Part shown: piece after piece, positions 26,201 to 40,688 of the stretch
Numbering within the stretch: position 1 is the stretch's first letter
Layout of the letters: each line of letters opens with the position of its first letter
NCBI RefSeq assembly: GCF_964194025.1
Contig: NC_134472.1
Location: 30,814,001-30,878,000 of the forward strand
Direction: 5' to 3'
Length of the DNA stretch: 64,000 nucleotides
Source of the DNA: Convolutriloba macropyga
Lineage: Eukaryota
Translations under genes and position numbers: made by a program
Notes under the pieces: model-generated
Told to the model about the DNA's origin: nothing
Database searches by the model: none
Seen by the model: the letters and a program-made list of their open reading frames with translations, nothing else

Positions 26201-26754
26201 AAAAAATAAAAATTAACAAAAAATGAAAATGTTTATTATGTGATTGAATAATAAATGCTTTGTGGTAGATTCGATTACTGCAACCCGTTTGATCAAAAAA
26301 TTGGATGACTGCGCTAGAACTCGCCGTTTTAGTCTTAAAAGGGTAATTCTGTTCATGAGGGAAGCGTTAAGACGCGTTTAAATAAAATGAAAGAAGTTGC
26401 AACAGTTAAAAACCTAGCTTCAACAAACAAAATTAAAGCGTTGAGATGAATGAAGCAAAAATTACGGAAAAAAAAGAAGTAAAAAATGCTCTGCTATGCT
26501 AAACTAATTGTTAAAACCACTGGACCAAGCCACGCAAAGCACAATTTTGTGTCATTAGTTGTATAACTGTTAGTCAACTGTGCTAAAGATATCAGTGGAG
26601 TGATTGTGAAAATAAGAACATTTTCTTGGTTGAAAATTATGCTAATCTACTAAAAACTTGCACAAAATAAAGATAAAGGCTGTGTAAATGCTGGTCTGTT
26701 GGTTATCTTTCCCAAAGCTAAGATCCGAGTTTACTAGGCGAGCAGCTGTCTTAG

Positions 26755-27635
26755 CTAAAGGGTTAGGACGTTGTATGTTTGACTTTTGCCCTGAATTAAG
26801 TAAGCAGGCCGCTGGCAATAAGTCATTGGTTGATTGCCGTTCTACGATATAGGAAGTTAGATGAAATAAAAAAGAAGCAAAAAACAGACTGCAAGCTGTT
26901 GCTCTAACTAGAACCATCTTCCAATGCTTAATTCATTTCGTTTCAAAATCGTTAATTGCTCGCTCTATGTATTCTGATTGTTGTCGATGACGGCAGTATT
27001 TAATCGCTATTAGCATATATGGCAATCCTGTTGAAATTAAATGTAAAGAGCGTTAGCAGGATAGATTTATCAATCTAATTCGATTATCAACAACACACCT
27101 CTGACCAAAGATAGAGCATTGAGAATATGTATGAGAAAATCCCACTGCAACAGTGTCAAATAACTCTATGAAGAGGCCAATATACCTGCTGCAAGGGACA
27201 TTCAGATCAGATTAGCAAATGAGTACCCGAAACGCGCAAACGAAAACAAGATGGAATCAATACTTGAACTTATCCAGAAAAAGAGACAACGTCCGAAAAA
27301 CAGTTAACAAAGCACACTGGACCATCTGTCCTGCTAACGTTCTTTACATTTAATTTCAACAGGATTGCCATATGTGCTAATAGCGAATAAATACTGCCGT
27401 CATCGACAACAATCGGAAAACATAGGGCGAGCAATTAACAATTTTGGAACGAAATGAATTAAGCATTGGAAGATGGTTCTAGTTAGAGCAACAGCTTACA
27501 GTCTGTTTTTTTCTTCTTTTTTATTTCATCTAAATTCCTATATCGTAGAACAGCAATCAACCAATGACTTATTGATAGCCGCCTGCTTAGCTAATTCAGG
27601 GCAAAAGTCAAACATACAATGTCCTAACCCTTTAG
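26755..27635. repeat. 312-bp inverted repeat (26755-27066 / 27324-27635) around a 257-bp spacer
   Basis: The arms are diverged reverse complements; the ORF track shows MVLVRATA.. on both strands. Confidence 0.9.
27110..27290 (+). mobile_element. LINE ORF2 C-terminal fragment
   Basis: ALRICMRK..LYEEANIP..IRLANEY resembles the post-RT region of non-LTR elements. Confidence 0.5.
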
Positions 27636-28189
27636 AGAAAAAGAGATCGAACCCCTGATTTATACAAACTCAGCAAGCACTCTTCGTCAATGTTGATCTG
27701 ACTGAGCCGCCATAGTTGGCAGATGCTTTTGTTGGCCATCAAAATTTTTCAGGATTCATTCTATTTTAATGCGGGGTGAGGTATTTTGCCAAGGAATTGG
27801 ATTGAGTTTGCGCCTTCAATTTGTGTACCTTTGATAAATTGATCAAGACTGGGAACTTTCTTTGACGGATTTTTAAGAAGCATCAAATTTCTTTTGCCAG
27901 TATTTAATCTTTTTTCAGTTTTTCGTACCGTTCGATCAATTTGTCCATTGAAAATTGCAATTTTTTTCGATTTATTCTACAGGAGCGTGACCTGTAGTGC
28001 AGGGAAGAAAATCAGCGAAATGAGAAATTTGTACAAGTATATCAGGAATGCCGCTGACATAAACAAGGAAGAGTGTTGGTGCAATGACGCTGCCCTGAGG
28101 TACTCCAGCTAGTGTTAAAAATGTGCTACTTTTTCATTTATTAATTTTCACAGAGATACTTCTCTGAGAGATAAAAGAGTTAACCCATT

Positions 28190-28400
28190 TTATCCAGGGT
28201 TAGGCACACAATTTTGTTGCAATTTGTTTTGAAGTCCTAGTCTCCACATTGCATCAAACACCTTTTCGATATCTAGGCAGACAAATCCCACCATTTCGGA
28301 CCCTTGAAATTCTTCTGTTACGTGCTGAGTAGAATTGAGCAAGTTATCAGTTGTGCAGCGGTTCCCTCTACACGCAAGTTGCATTCACCACAGACACCTT
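28190..28400 (-). mobile_element. LINE reverse transcriptase fragment
   Basis: TTDNLL..VGFVCLDIEKVFDAMWRLGL matches the LDxxKAFDxVW motif. Confidence 0.8.
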
Positions 28401-31400
28401 TTTTCACAGTGCGTTATTCTTTACAATATTCTTTACTGCAGTTTCAAAAGTTTTTGCAATGCAATTAGTTGGGCTATTTGGTTGGTAATTTTCTTCAATT
28501 TTTTTGTTTTTGTTCGGCTTTGGTAACATTTTGACTTGTGACTCTTTCCATGTAGTTGGAACATAAAAATGTTTTATTGAGATAGTTTTTACGAGACAAA
28601 TATATGCTTTGAGGCATTCAGGTAAACTTTTCAGGATGTTGCAGCTGATTTTGTCTTGTTCTGGACATTATCTACTTGTTTTGTTCAGAACTTCATCTTA
28701 TTGGTCTCATTTTATAAAACAATATTTGGTTCAATATTTTGTTATTAGGAAACATTTAAAAATTTTGTCTCTTTTCCGACTTTCTCGAAGTGCTCATTTA
28801 GTTCCAAGCTTTCGTATTCATGAACTTTCATTGTATCCTGTAGAAGAATTTTGAATTTTTCGCATTTTTCAATGTCTGTTGTTGCTCTGAGTCGTTTATA
28901 TGATATTTCAACACTTTTTTTCAGTTCCATTTCGTTCTTTTTAATCGCCACATAGTGCTTTAACTGCTCTCCATATTGTTGACAAGGAATCTAAACGTCC
29001 ATGATCACGATAATTTTACAATTTACTGTTGAAAACAAGTTAAAACCAAACATTGCTCGGCTTCATTATCTGCATTTAGCCACTCTTCTTTCAAAATAAA
29101 TTAATAGCAAAAAAGTTGGAGCAATGAAAAAGAAAAAAAGCAGTTTAAAAAAAGGGCTGGGTTTGTTCTCATGAATCTATAGCCAGAGTTGTCTGTTCTT
29201 AATTGAATAGTTAATTTTTTTATAATATAGACCAAAGCTGTGAACACAAAGCAGATAGGGGTGATTTTCTCTCCCTTTTGTTTTTTTGAACTCACAATAT
29301 GTGTTAAAACATTTGGTTTCTTCAACTGATTAGATTATTTGTTTTGTTGTAGTATGAATTTTACAAATGTGTCATTTAAATGCTATTGTGGTTGCTATGA
29401 CTTGAGCAACTCTTTATCTTTCACGTCACTAAAGCTCACGTCAAACAGTTACATTTAGTGTCTGATTGAAGATAATGTTAATTGCAACAATGTCAATTGA
29501 GAAAAGTCACATATCACGCCAGTTTACAGGCAGAGGCTCACAACAAAACGATTTCTATAAATTTTAGGGTTATATTGAACCGAATCTATATTAAATTTTT
29601 GTAAAATTTCTCAGAATGTTGTTCAACTGAGGTGACAATTGCGTTGAAAACTATAATCTGTCTTAATTTCTCAAAACGCCCTATTACGCTGTCTTGCACT
29701 GTGCTGATACTGGTTTGCTTTACGACCTATATTAAGCTAAAAATGAAATGGTCTTGTTGCAATTTGAGCGATCGGTGGCTATGATAACAATTGAAACACT
29801 TGTGAACTATACTGTTATTTGGGAGTATAATTTGGATACAAAACTATAACTACAAAAAAACACATTTTTGCTCAGATTTCGTGCTCAGGACAGTAAATTG
29901 TTATTACTCTTACTAAAATTGTTAAAACAATCTGAAAACGAATTTATTAATATACCGGACAGTCCACAGAACCAATTTAAGCTCCCAAATGAATGGTTGG
30001 TCTGACTTGACCCGAGATGAACCTTCTTTGTAGTCATACAAAGATCCTTTATGGTCCCATATAAGACATTTAAAATTTCTTAATATGATCTTGCAATGAT
30101 TATCTAAGATTCATATATGGTCTTTCTATGATTACTAAGATGTTAGTATACCATACATCAGGCATAAAGTGTTTGAAGCCAGAATCATTTTGGGTAGATA
30201 GAGCCTGATGGCATTCACAAAAAAACACCAAAATAAAAACTTACCAATTATAAACGTTAGGCAAAAACTGCAAAGAAAATTTAAAAATACTCACCAATTG
30301 ATACAAAATTGAGCCTCTGTATTTTTTGATGGTGAGGGGAAAATAATTAGAGAAATTTGGGCTATTGATTGCTTGTGATGCATTCACAACACTTCAGTCA
30401 ATTAGCAACTTTCATGGTGCAAATCAATGCAAAGATTTTCATATTTTAATTAAAGTGGTTTAAATCTGAACTTGGAGCCACGGAATATATAGATCAGCTG
30501 TTTGTTTATAAGCGGCGATCTTTAATCAGCGTTTGAGCGCAACTTCAAGTCGAAAGTACTTTTCTTGATAATTAGTTTCAGCTTCCTTTGCAATTGATTT
30601 AAAGGCGTCGTGAGAATCTTTGAACAAAACAACAGCAGATGATAGAACACATAGCTTTTAAAAATGAAGTTTCTAATAGGTCCCAAGTAACTTGTAAACT
30701 TCCGCACAGTAACTATCAATATCTCAAAAGTTGTTTATGACATCTTGCCAAGTGGTTTTGATAAGTAAATTAACATAGTTTGTACATAGCCAAAAATGAT
30801 AGATCGAAATAGATCGAGGAATAATCTTGAATGTAAATAAACGGGGCTGTTTTTGCTTCCGGATAGGGTCTATAGAAGATCTTGACTGCGGTATCTTGTT
30901 ATGTAAACAGTATTGGTCTGTCAAATTACAATGCAGTCCCTAATTCAAATCACCGATCTCTTACAGACATGAAGATCTCCAAGAAACAACAGAAAAATTA
31001 CATACGGCTTCATTAATTTTGCACTTCGCTATTTTCAACAAAAATTTCAAACTTCTGCACTTTCCATGACGCAATGATTCACAATTTAATCATTTTATTT
31101 CCATGGTAATCTAAAAAATATCGAATTACAAAACAGACCTCCTCCTGCATTTGAAAAATAATGTGAAAAAATGAAAATAGAAGGCATGCGAAGAGTGAAA
31201 CCATTTTTTGTTGTGTTTTAAGGTCAATTATTTGCAGTAGTTAAAAGTCCAATTCACCCAGATCTGTGTCTCATAATTTTTAATTTTAATTTTTTTCTAT
31301 GACCAGCGTTATGATCACCGCAAGTACTAGCCATTTCATGATAAAATTCAGAGTACATTTCTGATCTATACAATTATTTAGAATTAATACTTATAAAAAA

Positions 31401-31699
31401 TCGACAATAGTTTCATAAAAATCTCTCAGTTTATTACACTGGCACTATTTTTCTTACAGTAATTCATTACACTGGCAAAAATATAATTTCAGTCGTCCAG
31501 TATTTCTTTACAATATTTCATTACGCTACGCTGGCAACTCAGTACAATTCTGGATATTTTCTTTTCCAACACAGCCACTCTAAATGAAACACGTTTTCAC
31601 AGTTGGCACTGAACATAATCTTTCATCGCCCATTGGCCCATCTGTGATCGAAACTTCACAACAAACTTCTTGAAAGTTGCCGTCATGTCAGAAACTAGT

Positions 31700-34468
31700 T
31701 CTCTGTCCTCTCTCTTTTCTGTGTTCAAATATTNNNNNNNNNNNNNNNNNNNNNNNNNNNNNNNNNNNNNNNNNNNNNNNNNNNNNNNNNNNNNNNNNNN
31801 NNNNNNNNNNNNNNNNNNNNNNNNNNNNNNNNNNNNNNNNNNNNNNNNNNNNNNNNNNNNNNNNNNNNNNNNNNNNNNNNNNNNNNNNNNNNNNNNNNNN
31901 NNNNNNNNNNNNNNNNNNNNNNNNNNNNNNNNNNNNNNNNNNNNNNNNNNNNNNNNCGATTTAAAAAAATTAAAAAAAAAACAAAAACCGAATAATCATT
32001 GTAATTTTTAAAAAAAATGGATGCTGGATTTGAATTGAACATAATGCTCAATCGACTTCTCTTCGGCCACTATGAATTAGTACTGAATCATGCGTCTACT
32101 TTTGAGATATTATTATCCAGTAATGATTTGCTATAGCATCACTGCCCAGGCGGCTAATATTATTTAGACGGTGGCATAACAGTGAAAATACGATGCACGA
32201 AAAATAGCCCAAGCATTTCAATGTTCTTGGCCTCAATACTGCAAAAAGTATTGCTCGCATCAAACATTCAAAGACAATGTCCTCATTACTATTGAAGGAT
32301 ATAAAATCACATGCATTGCGTCGTCAATCGAAAACACATTAAATGCAGCTTAACTTGAAATTAAGTGGTTGATTTACAACCATTTTTTGGTTCTCATTTC
32401 ATTTTTGAGTGCATAGCAGAGTTCACNNNNNNNNNNNNNNNNNNNNNNNNNNNNNNNNNNNNNNNNNNNNNNNNNNNNNNNNNNNNNNNNNNNNNNNNNN
32501 NNNNNNNNNNNNNNNNNNNNNNNNNNNNNNNNNNNNNNNNNNNNNNNNNNNNNNNNNNNNNNNNNNNNNNNNNNNNNNNNNNNNNNNNNNTTTTCAATAA
32601 AAATTAAAAAACCGAAAAATCATTGTAATTTCAAAAAAATGGATGCTGGATTTGAACTTAAGGTAATGCTCAATCGAGTTCTCTTTGGCCTTCTTGAATT
32701 AGTACTGAATCATGCGTCTTCTTTTGAGATTTTATTATCCAGTAATGATTTGCTATAGCAGAGTTCACGAAAATAAATTCCTTTACCTATTTTTCAGCTG
32801 CCTGAAAAAATAATTTGTGTATTTTCCTCCACTAGAGATCCTCCACATTTAAAGTAACTTTGACTTTCAAGTAAAAAATTACAAGAATGGATAATTTGCG
32901 GAACCAAGTCCTGCAAACAATTCGGTTTCATCGGTTTCTCTCCGTTCAGCTAATCACAAAGATACAAAATTATATCAATTCACAGAATCCACAAAGGCAT
33001 TTTTCTTCTGAGGTGGAAACAAAAGTTGTATGGGCTTGAAAACTTGTTTATTCTCACTCAATTTCAGAAGAGTATTTTGCTTTTTGAACCACTGTAAAAA
33101 ATGTCCAATCCTCCATTTTATGAAACCAAAATCAGCTGAGCGTAAACTTACATGGACTTAAGATCCCAAAACTATCGCAAGTGACCTTTTCAATTTTTGG
33201 TTGTTTCTCTCAAATTCAAATTAAAACTGTATTTTCCACAAATGTAGTTCTTAGGTTAAGCTGTAACATTTTAAACATAACCCTGCCATGACTTACCTGT
33301 CAGTTAGTTTCCCTTGGAAAACTTTCTGAAATGAACCGAAGGACGCTGAGAAATCGAATAGACATTCAAGAAACTAGAAAAGGATTGGATATTCTGTCTA
33401 CCACTTCAATAAGTGCCATAATAATTTATTCCGTCCATCCCTATTTGTCACATTTCACTAACAAGTTCACAGAGGAAAAGAGATGTCAATAGTCACCCAA
33501 TCCAAAAGAAGGTCTTTCCTCCGACTGCGAAAAATTGTGGTTTAAGCTCAGTTAATCACTTTAATCCGAGAACAGTTATTGAATTTTTTCTGAGAAACTT
33601 TTTCGTTTTCATTTTGCTCTTTGAGTCTCAGATTTTTCTAAAGTTCCCTGACTAATGTTTATAAGAGCATAATGCACAAACTTAAGCAATCATAGATCCC
33701 AAAACTAAGCGAAGGAAGCTTTAACGAAAAGTATTTATACGTCAACAAGGACAAATAAAGGAATCTGTCAGCCGAGACAGTTCCAATTTGCTATTCAAAA
33801 CATTTTCTATCTCTCTCTCTCTCTCTCTCTTCTCTTTCTCTCTCTCTTTCTCTCTCCTCTAAATGCCATACTTTGTTACCCAACTGTTTTATACAAAAAT
33901 GTCTTTTTTGTTCCGCCAGAATTTCAGATTTAATTTTTAAAAATATAATTTGATGTCTTTTTTTCTATTTAAAAAATAAAAAAACAAAAACCGAATAATG
34001 ATTGTAATTTTTTTAAAAAAATGGATGCTGGATTTGAATTGAACATAATGCCCAATCGACTTCTCTTTGGCCACTATGAATTAGTACTGAATCAAGCGTC
34101 TACTTTTGATATTATTATCCAGTAATGATTTGCTATAGCATCACTGTCCAGGCGGCTAAAATTATTTATATAGTGGCATGCAGACTCTCATAACAGTGAA
34201 AATAGGATGCACGTAACATAGCCTAAGCATTTCAATGTTCTTGGCCTCAATACTGCAAAAAGTATTGCTCGCATCAAACTTTCAAAGACGATGTCCTCAT
34301 AACTATTGAAGGATAGAAAAAAACATGCATTGCGTTGCCAATCAGAAGCACATTAAAAGCAGCTTAACTTGAAATTAATTGGTTGTTTTACAAACATTTT
34401 TTTGGTTCTCATTTCACTTTTGTGTGCATAGCAGAGTTCACGAAAAAAAATCCTTTATCCTCTCTCTC

Positions 34469-34546
<78 letters not shown>

Positions 34547-37500
34547 AAAATATAATTTGGTGTCTTATTTTCAATTTGAAAAAATTAAAAAAAACCGACA
34601 AAATCATTGTAATTTCAAAAAAAATGGATGCTGGATTTGAACTTAAGGTAATGCTCAATCGAGTTCTCTTTGGCCTTCTTGAATTAGTACTGAATCATTC
34701 GTCTTCTTTTGAGATTTTTTTATTCAGTAATGATTTGTTATAGCAGAAATCACGAAAATAAATTCCCTTATCTATTTTTCAGCTGCCTGAAAAAATAATT
34801 TGTGTATTTTCCTCCACTAGAGATCCTCCACATTTAAAGTAACTTTGACTTTCAAGTAAAAAATTACAAGAATGAATAACTTGCAGAACCAATTCCTGCA
34901 AACAATTCGGTTTCATTGGTTTCACTCCGTTCAGCTAATCACAGAGATACAAAATTATATGAAGTCACAGAATCCACAAAGGCATTTTTCTTCTGAGGTG
35001 GAAACAAAAGTTGTATGGGCTTGAAAACTTGTTTATTCTCACTCAATTACAGAAGAGTATTTTGCTTTTGAACCACTGTAAAAAATGTCCAATCCTCCAT
35101 TTTATGAACCCAAAATCAGCTGAGCGTAAACTTACATGGACTTAAGATTCCAAAACTATCGCAAGTGACCTTTTCAATTTTTGGTTTTTCTCTCAAATTC
35201 AAATTAAAATTGTATTTTCCACAAATGTAGTTCTTAGGTTAAGCTGTAACATTTTAAACATAACCCTGCCATGACTTACGTGTCAGTTAGTTTCCATTGG
35301 AAAACTTTCTGAAGTGAATCGAAGGACGCTGAGAAATTGAAAAGACATTCATGAAACTAGAAAAGGATTGGATATTCTGTCTACCACTTCAATAAGTGCC
35401 ATAATAATTTATTCCGTCCATCCCCATTTGTCACATTTCACTAACAAGTTCACAGAGGAAAAGAGATGTCAATAGTCACCCAATCCAAAAGAAGGTCTTT
35501 CCTCCGACTGCGAAAAATTGTGGTTTAAGCTCAGTTAATCACTTTAATCCGAGAACAGTTATTGATTTTTTTCTGAGAAACTTTTTCGTTTTCATTTTGC
35601 TCTTTGAGTCTCAGATTTTTCTAAAGTTCCCTGACTAATGTTTATAAGAGCATAATGCACAAACTTAAGCGATCATGGATCCCAAAACTAAGCGAAGGAA
35701 GCTTTAACGAAAAGTATTTATACGTCAACAAGGACAAATAAAGGAATCTGTCAGCCGAGACATTTCCAATTTGCTATTCAAAACATTTTCTTTCTCTCTC
35801 TCTCTCTCTTTCTCTCTCCTCTAAATGCCATACTTTGTTACCCAACTGTTTTATACAAAAATGTCTTTTTTGTTCGGCCAGAATTTCAGATTTAATTTTT
35901 AAAAATATAATTTGATGTCTTTTTTTCTATTTAAAAAATAAAAAAAAAACAAAAACCGAATAATCATTGTAATTTTTTTTAAAAAAAATGGATGCCGGAT
36001 TTGAATTGAACATAATGCTCAATTGACTTCTCTTTGGCCACTATGAATTAGTACTGAATCATGCGTCTACTTTTGATATTATTCTCCAGTAATGATTTGC
36101 TATAGCATCACTGTCCAGGCGGCTAAAATTATTTATATAGTGGCATGCAGACTCTCATAACAGTGAAAATACGATGCACGTAACATAGCCTAAGCATTTC
36201 AATGTTCTTGACCTCAATACTGCAAAAAGTATTGCTCGCATCAAACATTCAAAGACAATGTCCTCATAACTATTGAAGGATAGAAAAAACATGCATTGCG
36301 TTGCCAATCAGAAGCACATTAAATGCAGCTTAAATTGAAATTAAGTGGTTGTTTTACAAACATTTTTTTCGTTTAATAAATCGCGCAAACTCATTTTTGA
36401 GTGCATAGCATAGTTCACGAAAATAAATTCCCTTATCCTTTTTTCAGCTGCCTGTTTCTAAATTTACATCATTATATTATCTCAAAGATATAACATTCTG
36501 TATTTTCCACTACTAGAGATGCTAAAATAGGTTCTAAAATTCTTCTATTAGCTATCGCCGCGTTATCACTTCATTTTCAGTTTTTTTAAGGAAATTTATG
36601 AAATCATTTAAATTAACTTTGACATTCAAATAAAAAATTACAAGAATGGATGTTTTGCATAACCACGTCCTGCATACAACGCGGTTTCATTGGTTTCACT
36701 ACGTTCACCTAATCACAGAGATACAAAATTATATCAAATCACAGAATCCACAAACGCATTTTTCTTCTGAGGTGGAAACAAAAGTTGTGTGGGAGGAGAT
36801 ACAACCGCTATGTAACTCCATACCTCAACGAAACAGAACACAAGACTCACGTCACGCCGAAAGAATAAAAAAGAATTCTCAACGATATGCACAGTGTTGA
36901 AGTGAAGGACGCCATTGAGAACTACGCTCCATCCAAAGTTCTTGAAACAATGTCACCAAAGATATCAGAAAACGAGAAGACCTTACCAAGAGGCAGCAGA
37001 AGACAACTAGGGCATCAGTTGCCCAAAAAGAAGGACCCGATTGACACCCGAAATGCTCCTGAGGAACCCAGTGGAAGCCGTCAAGTTTCTGGGCCTCCAG
37101 ACCTGCGAAAACCAAGACGATTGTGGCAAACAACAACAACAACAAAAATTGTGTGGGCTTGAAAACTTGTTTATTCTCACTCGTTTTCAGAAGAGTATTT
37201 TGCTTTTTGAACCACTGTAAAAAATGTCCAATCCTTCATTTTATGAAACCAAAATCAGCTGAGCTTAAACTTACATGGACTTAAGATCCCAAATCTATCG
37301 CAAGTGACCTTTTCAATTTTTGTTTGTTTCTCTCAAATTCAAATTAAAACTGTATTTTCCACAAATATAGTTCCTATGTTAAGCTGTAACATTTTAAACA
37401 TAACCCTGCCATGACTTACGTGTCAGTTAGTTTCCATTGGAAAACTTTCTGAAATGAATCGAAGGACGCTGAGAAATCGAATAGACATTCATGAAACTAG

Positions 37501-37850
37501 AAAAGGATTGGATATTCTGTCTACCACTTCAATAAGTGCCATAATAATTTATTCCGTCCATCCCTATTTGTCACATTTCACTAACAAGTTCACAGAGGAA
37601 AAGAGATGTCAATAGTCACCCAATCCATAAAAAGGTCTTCCCTCCGACTGCGAAAAAAGTGTGATTTAAGCTCAGTTGTTCAATTTAATCCGAGAATGGT
37701 TATTGGTTTTATTCCGAGAACCTTTTTCGTTTTCATTTTGCTCTTTGACTCTCAGTCAGATTTTTCTAAAGTTCCCTCACTATTCTTTATAAGAGCATAA
37801 TGCACAAACTTAAGCGAACATGGATCCCAAAACTAAGCGAAGGAAGCTTT
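31700..37850. repeat. Tandem array of a ~2-kb unit (3 copies) with internal sub-duplication and CT/AT microsatellites
   Basis: ggatgc(t/c)ggatttgaattgaacataatgc recurs at ~32019, ~34023 and ~35989. The unit end aactaagcgaaggaagcttt recurs at ~33720, ~35705 and ~37850. Confidence 0.92.
36777..37157 (+). mobile_element. 5'-truncated LINE insertion with (CAA)n tail and 17-bp TSD
   Basis: TSD aacaaaa(g/a)ttgtgtggg at 36777-36793 and 37141-37157. Encodes DAIENYAPSKVL..PKISENEKTLPRGSRRQL. Absent from the other two array units. Confidence 0.88.
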
Positions 37851-38524
37851 TATTGCAAGCGTTTAGCTTCAAATCAAAGTCTCTCCACAAAATGCGTAGA
37901 ACATAAATTTGACAATAAACAAGGTAGCATAGCTTGAATAATTAATTACTCATAGCTCAAATTCATTGCGTACGGGTTTTTAATCTGTTGTACCTATTTC
38001 TTGACGCCCATTTTCACTAAAATGATACTCAGGGCAATTTTACATTCAGTGGACATATATTATCACTCGAATTTCAACCCTTTCTGTGTTTTCAAGGAAA
38101 GTGAAACTAAAAGGCGATGGCTTTTTCGGATCAAGCATATAAATAGAAATGCATTATCATGAAAATGATTTTTGAATTTTTTGAAACTCAATCCGGATTG
38201 ACACTTTTGTGAGCTCCAGCTCGCATTCTTATAATTTCCGCAATGAATATCCTCTGCTACTTAGCCTTCACCTTAAAAGCACCTTAAAAAAGACTATTTG
38301 GAAACGTCTATTTGAACTGCAATCGGCTTAGAAAACGCTGACTTCTGTATTGTAAAGTAACACAAAGAGTAAACGGCTCTACTGTAGCGGAGTAGCACCA
38401 ATAAGGAACAAGAGAAATAGTGAACTGCTGGACAATAATTCCCATCTCTGTGTGAATCAGAGATGAGCATTGAAGCTTCTCAATGTTGGGGAGATGGCAA
38501 GACAATTTATTATGCTGAAGATTA

Positions 38525-39154
38525 TTAATATGGCTTTTGATTGTGTTTTGTCTGGTTTCTGTGGCTGTTGTTGTTGTTTTGGTGGCTCTTCACGGCTCCA
38601 AGCATGCCGTGTGGATTTCTAGGTCTGAAGCCGCCGTTTTGAGAGTTCGGTCCGGCTTGCCGGGGTCCGTTATTGAATGCATTATTGCCATTGCCGTGAT
38701 TGTTTTTCCATCTAGGGTGACCAGAAAAACGACTTTGAGGTTGGAAGGGTCTTGTTTTATGATCCATCTGATTATTAAAGTGATTGCTGGTACTGCCAAA
38801 ATTTGGGTTCATATTGCCAGATAGTTGATTTGGAATGCTCTGATTTGGTGCTAAAGCTCCCAGTGCAGAAATGTTGTTATACCCTGAACTGTTCTGTCCT
38901 GATAAAGCACCAACGTTGCTAAGGATCCCATGGAAAGGTGTAGCTTGATTTCCGGGTTGAGCACCATAGCTAAGGTTGTCCATAGTTCCTGAGTGCTGGC
39001 TGATGACGTTCTGGTGTTGAGAATTGGCAGCTTGCTGGTTGAGCTGTTGCTGGCTATTTGTCGGCACATTGCTGATAGGGGGTTTGATTGCACTGTTGGT
39101 GTTCTGATATGGCAAGTTGTTGTTGTTTATCGACGGAGGATGGAAACCCTGACC
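38525..39154 (-). CDS. Terminal exon encoding an N/Q/G/P-rich disordered region, probably the C-terminus of SOSS-B/NABP
   Basis: ttatAG acceptor (phase 0), an open frame of 209 codons ending in TAA, and higher GC than the flanks. Phase matches the donor at 57165. Linkage to NABP is inferred. Confidence 0.7.
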   Translation of the reverse strand, partial: GQGFHPPSINNNNLPYQNTNSAIKPPISNVPTNSQQQLNQQAANSQHQNVISQHSGTMDNLSYGAQPGNQATPFHGILSNVGALSGQNSSGYNNISALGALAPNQSIPNQLSGNMNPNFGSTSNHFNNQMDHKTRPFQPQSRFSGHPRWKNNHGNGNNAFNNGPRQAGPNSQNGGFRPRNPHGMLGAVKSHQNNNNSHRNQTKHNQKPY

Positions 39155-40688
39155 CTATAACACAAGATGCGTTGAAAACAATCAGTTTTTTTATTCCAGA
39201 ACAAGAAATTTTCTGCGAAATTGAGGAGTCTCCTTACAAATTGTTTCATCGATAAAAATTTTCCCAAAAGGAATTTTAAGCAACTTATTGTTTATTTATC
39301 GGAATGTGTACTCCAATTTTATGTGATATAATATTGTCGACAGCAGAGTTTCCTCGGAGCTATATTAAGATCTTTTTATGACAATTTAACAAGCGCGTTT
39401 GGAAACCGTAGACTTTGCTACCTGTAATTCGTCAATTGAGATTTATTCAGGCATCTAAGAACAAATATGAAGTTTTGCATGAGGTAACTGCTTCTCTTAA
39501 TCTAAGATAAATTTCTCGTCTAAAACAATTGTCTGAAATTATAAAATGCTTTTACATAAATGCTACCTAACCTCTCAGCTGTACAAGAAAGCGGAATTAG
39601 CTGAGAATAACATAATCGGTGGGCTTTTTGAAAAAAGAACAAACTGAAAAGTTATCCTATTACAGTTGTCTCTGTTAACTTTGGGACAATTTTCGACGAA
39701 ATCATTTTGGTGCCTCCACATTCAAAGCTCAAAAAAGCTTTAGCACATCGTAACGTTAATTTGTCAAACAAAAATTTACTGCATTTTTTTTTCGGCGTTC
39801 CATGCAAAAAGAAAATAAAGAAACTTTTAAAAATGGCCAAATTGTTCTGAACAGAATTAACCGTACTGATAATAAGCATTCATATTCGTCATCCCGTGCG
39901 ATAACTGAGTTATTTCGAAAACGGTTCACTGATTGCCGTTCGTTTTGAGGGATTGAAATCTTTGTTGCTTTTAAGAACAATCCTCCAATTGTAATTTTTA
40001 TTACTACTACATTTTCCAAGCGCTGTTTTAAAGAAAGGGCTGTACTTATAATTGTTCTGACTCCAATTGTGGGGGGAGGAACTAAATGCTCACCTGGGTC
40101 TTTTTTTGTTGTCAATTTTGGTTGATAGATATAATTCGCGTAGAGTCTTGAGTGATATTAGAAATCCCGCCAAGCGTAAAGAGGGTAAAACTATAGACAT
40201 TTTAAAACTTTGTCCTTTTCGAGGAGTCATCAAGGTTTAAAATTTCGGGAGCATTTCAATTTTTATACTAATTTTGTTCAGATTTTTGACAGTTATTTAA
40301 AAGTTTTTGATAGTTTTGGCCCAATTAGGTTACCTTTTCCAACATTTATGAGGTTTGTAACCCTGAAGCGAAATGGGAGCCTTTTTTCCCCTTTTAGTTT
40401 TTAAGAGTACAACGATTAGGATTACGGGACCTAAAAGAGACCCCAAATATAGATTTTGGGTCTCTAGAGTTCTTTTTGTCTACTTGTCGCGTCCACTTGA
40501 CTTCTGTTTTGGTTTTCCTCATGACTTTCTGGCAAAGTATAATAAAAGCAATGCATTTGTTTTAATGCTGAATATAAGCTTTTCTCTGAAATGGACTTCG
40601 GTAACTAGTGATTTTGATGACTTTCTCACTAAAAGTTTTCATTGAAAACAATTTAACTAGTTGTTCTTTTTGTTTTTTGTTGTAATGT

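Noticed and set aside
26642-27658. Paired ORFs MVLVRATA.. on opposite strands as genes
   Set aside because: A by-product of the inverted repeat; no recognisable protein features.
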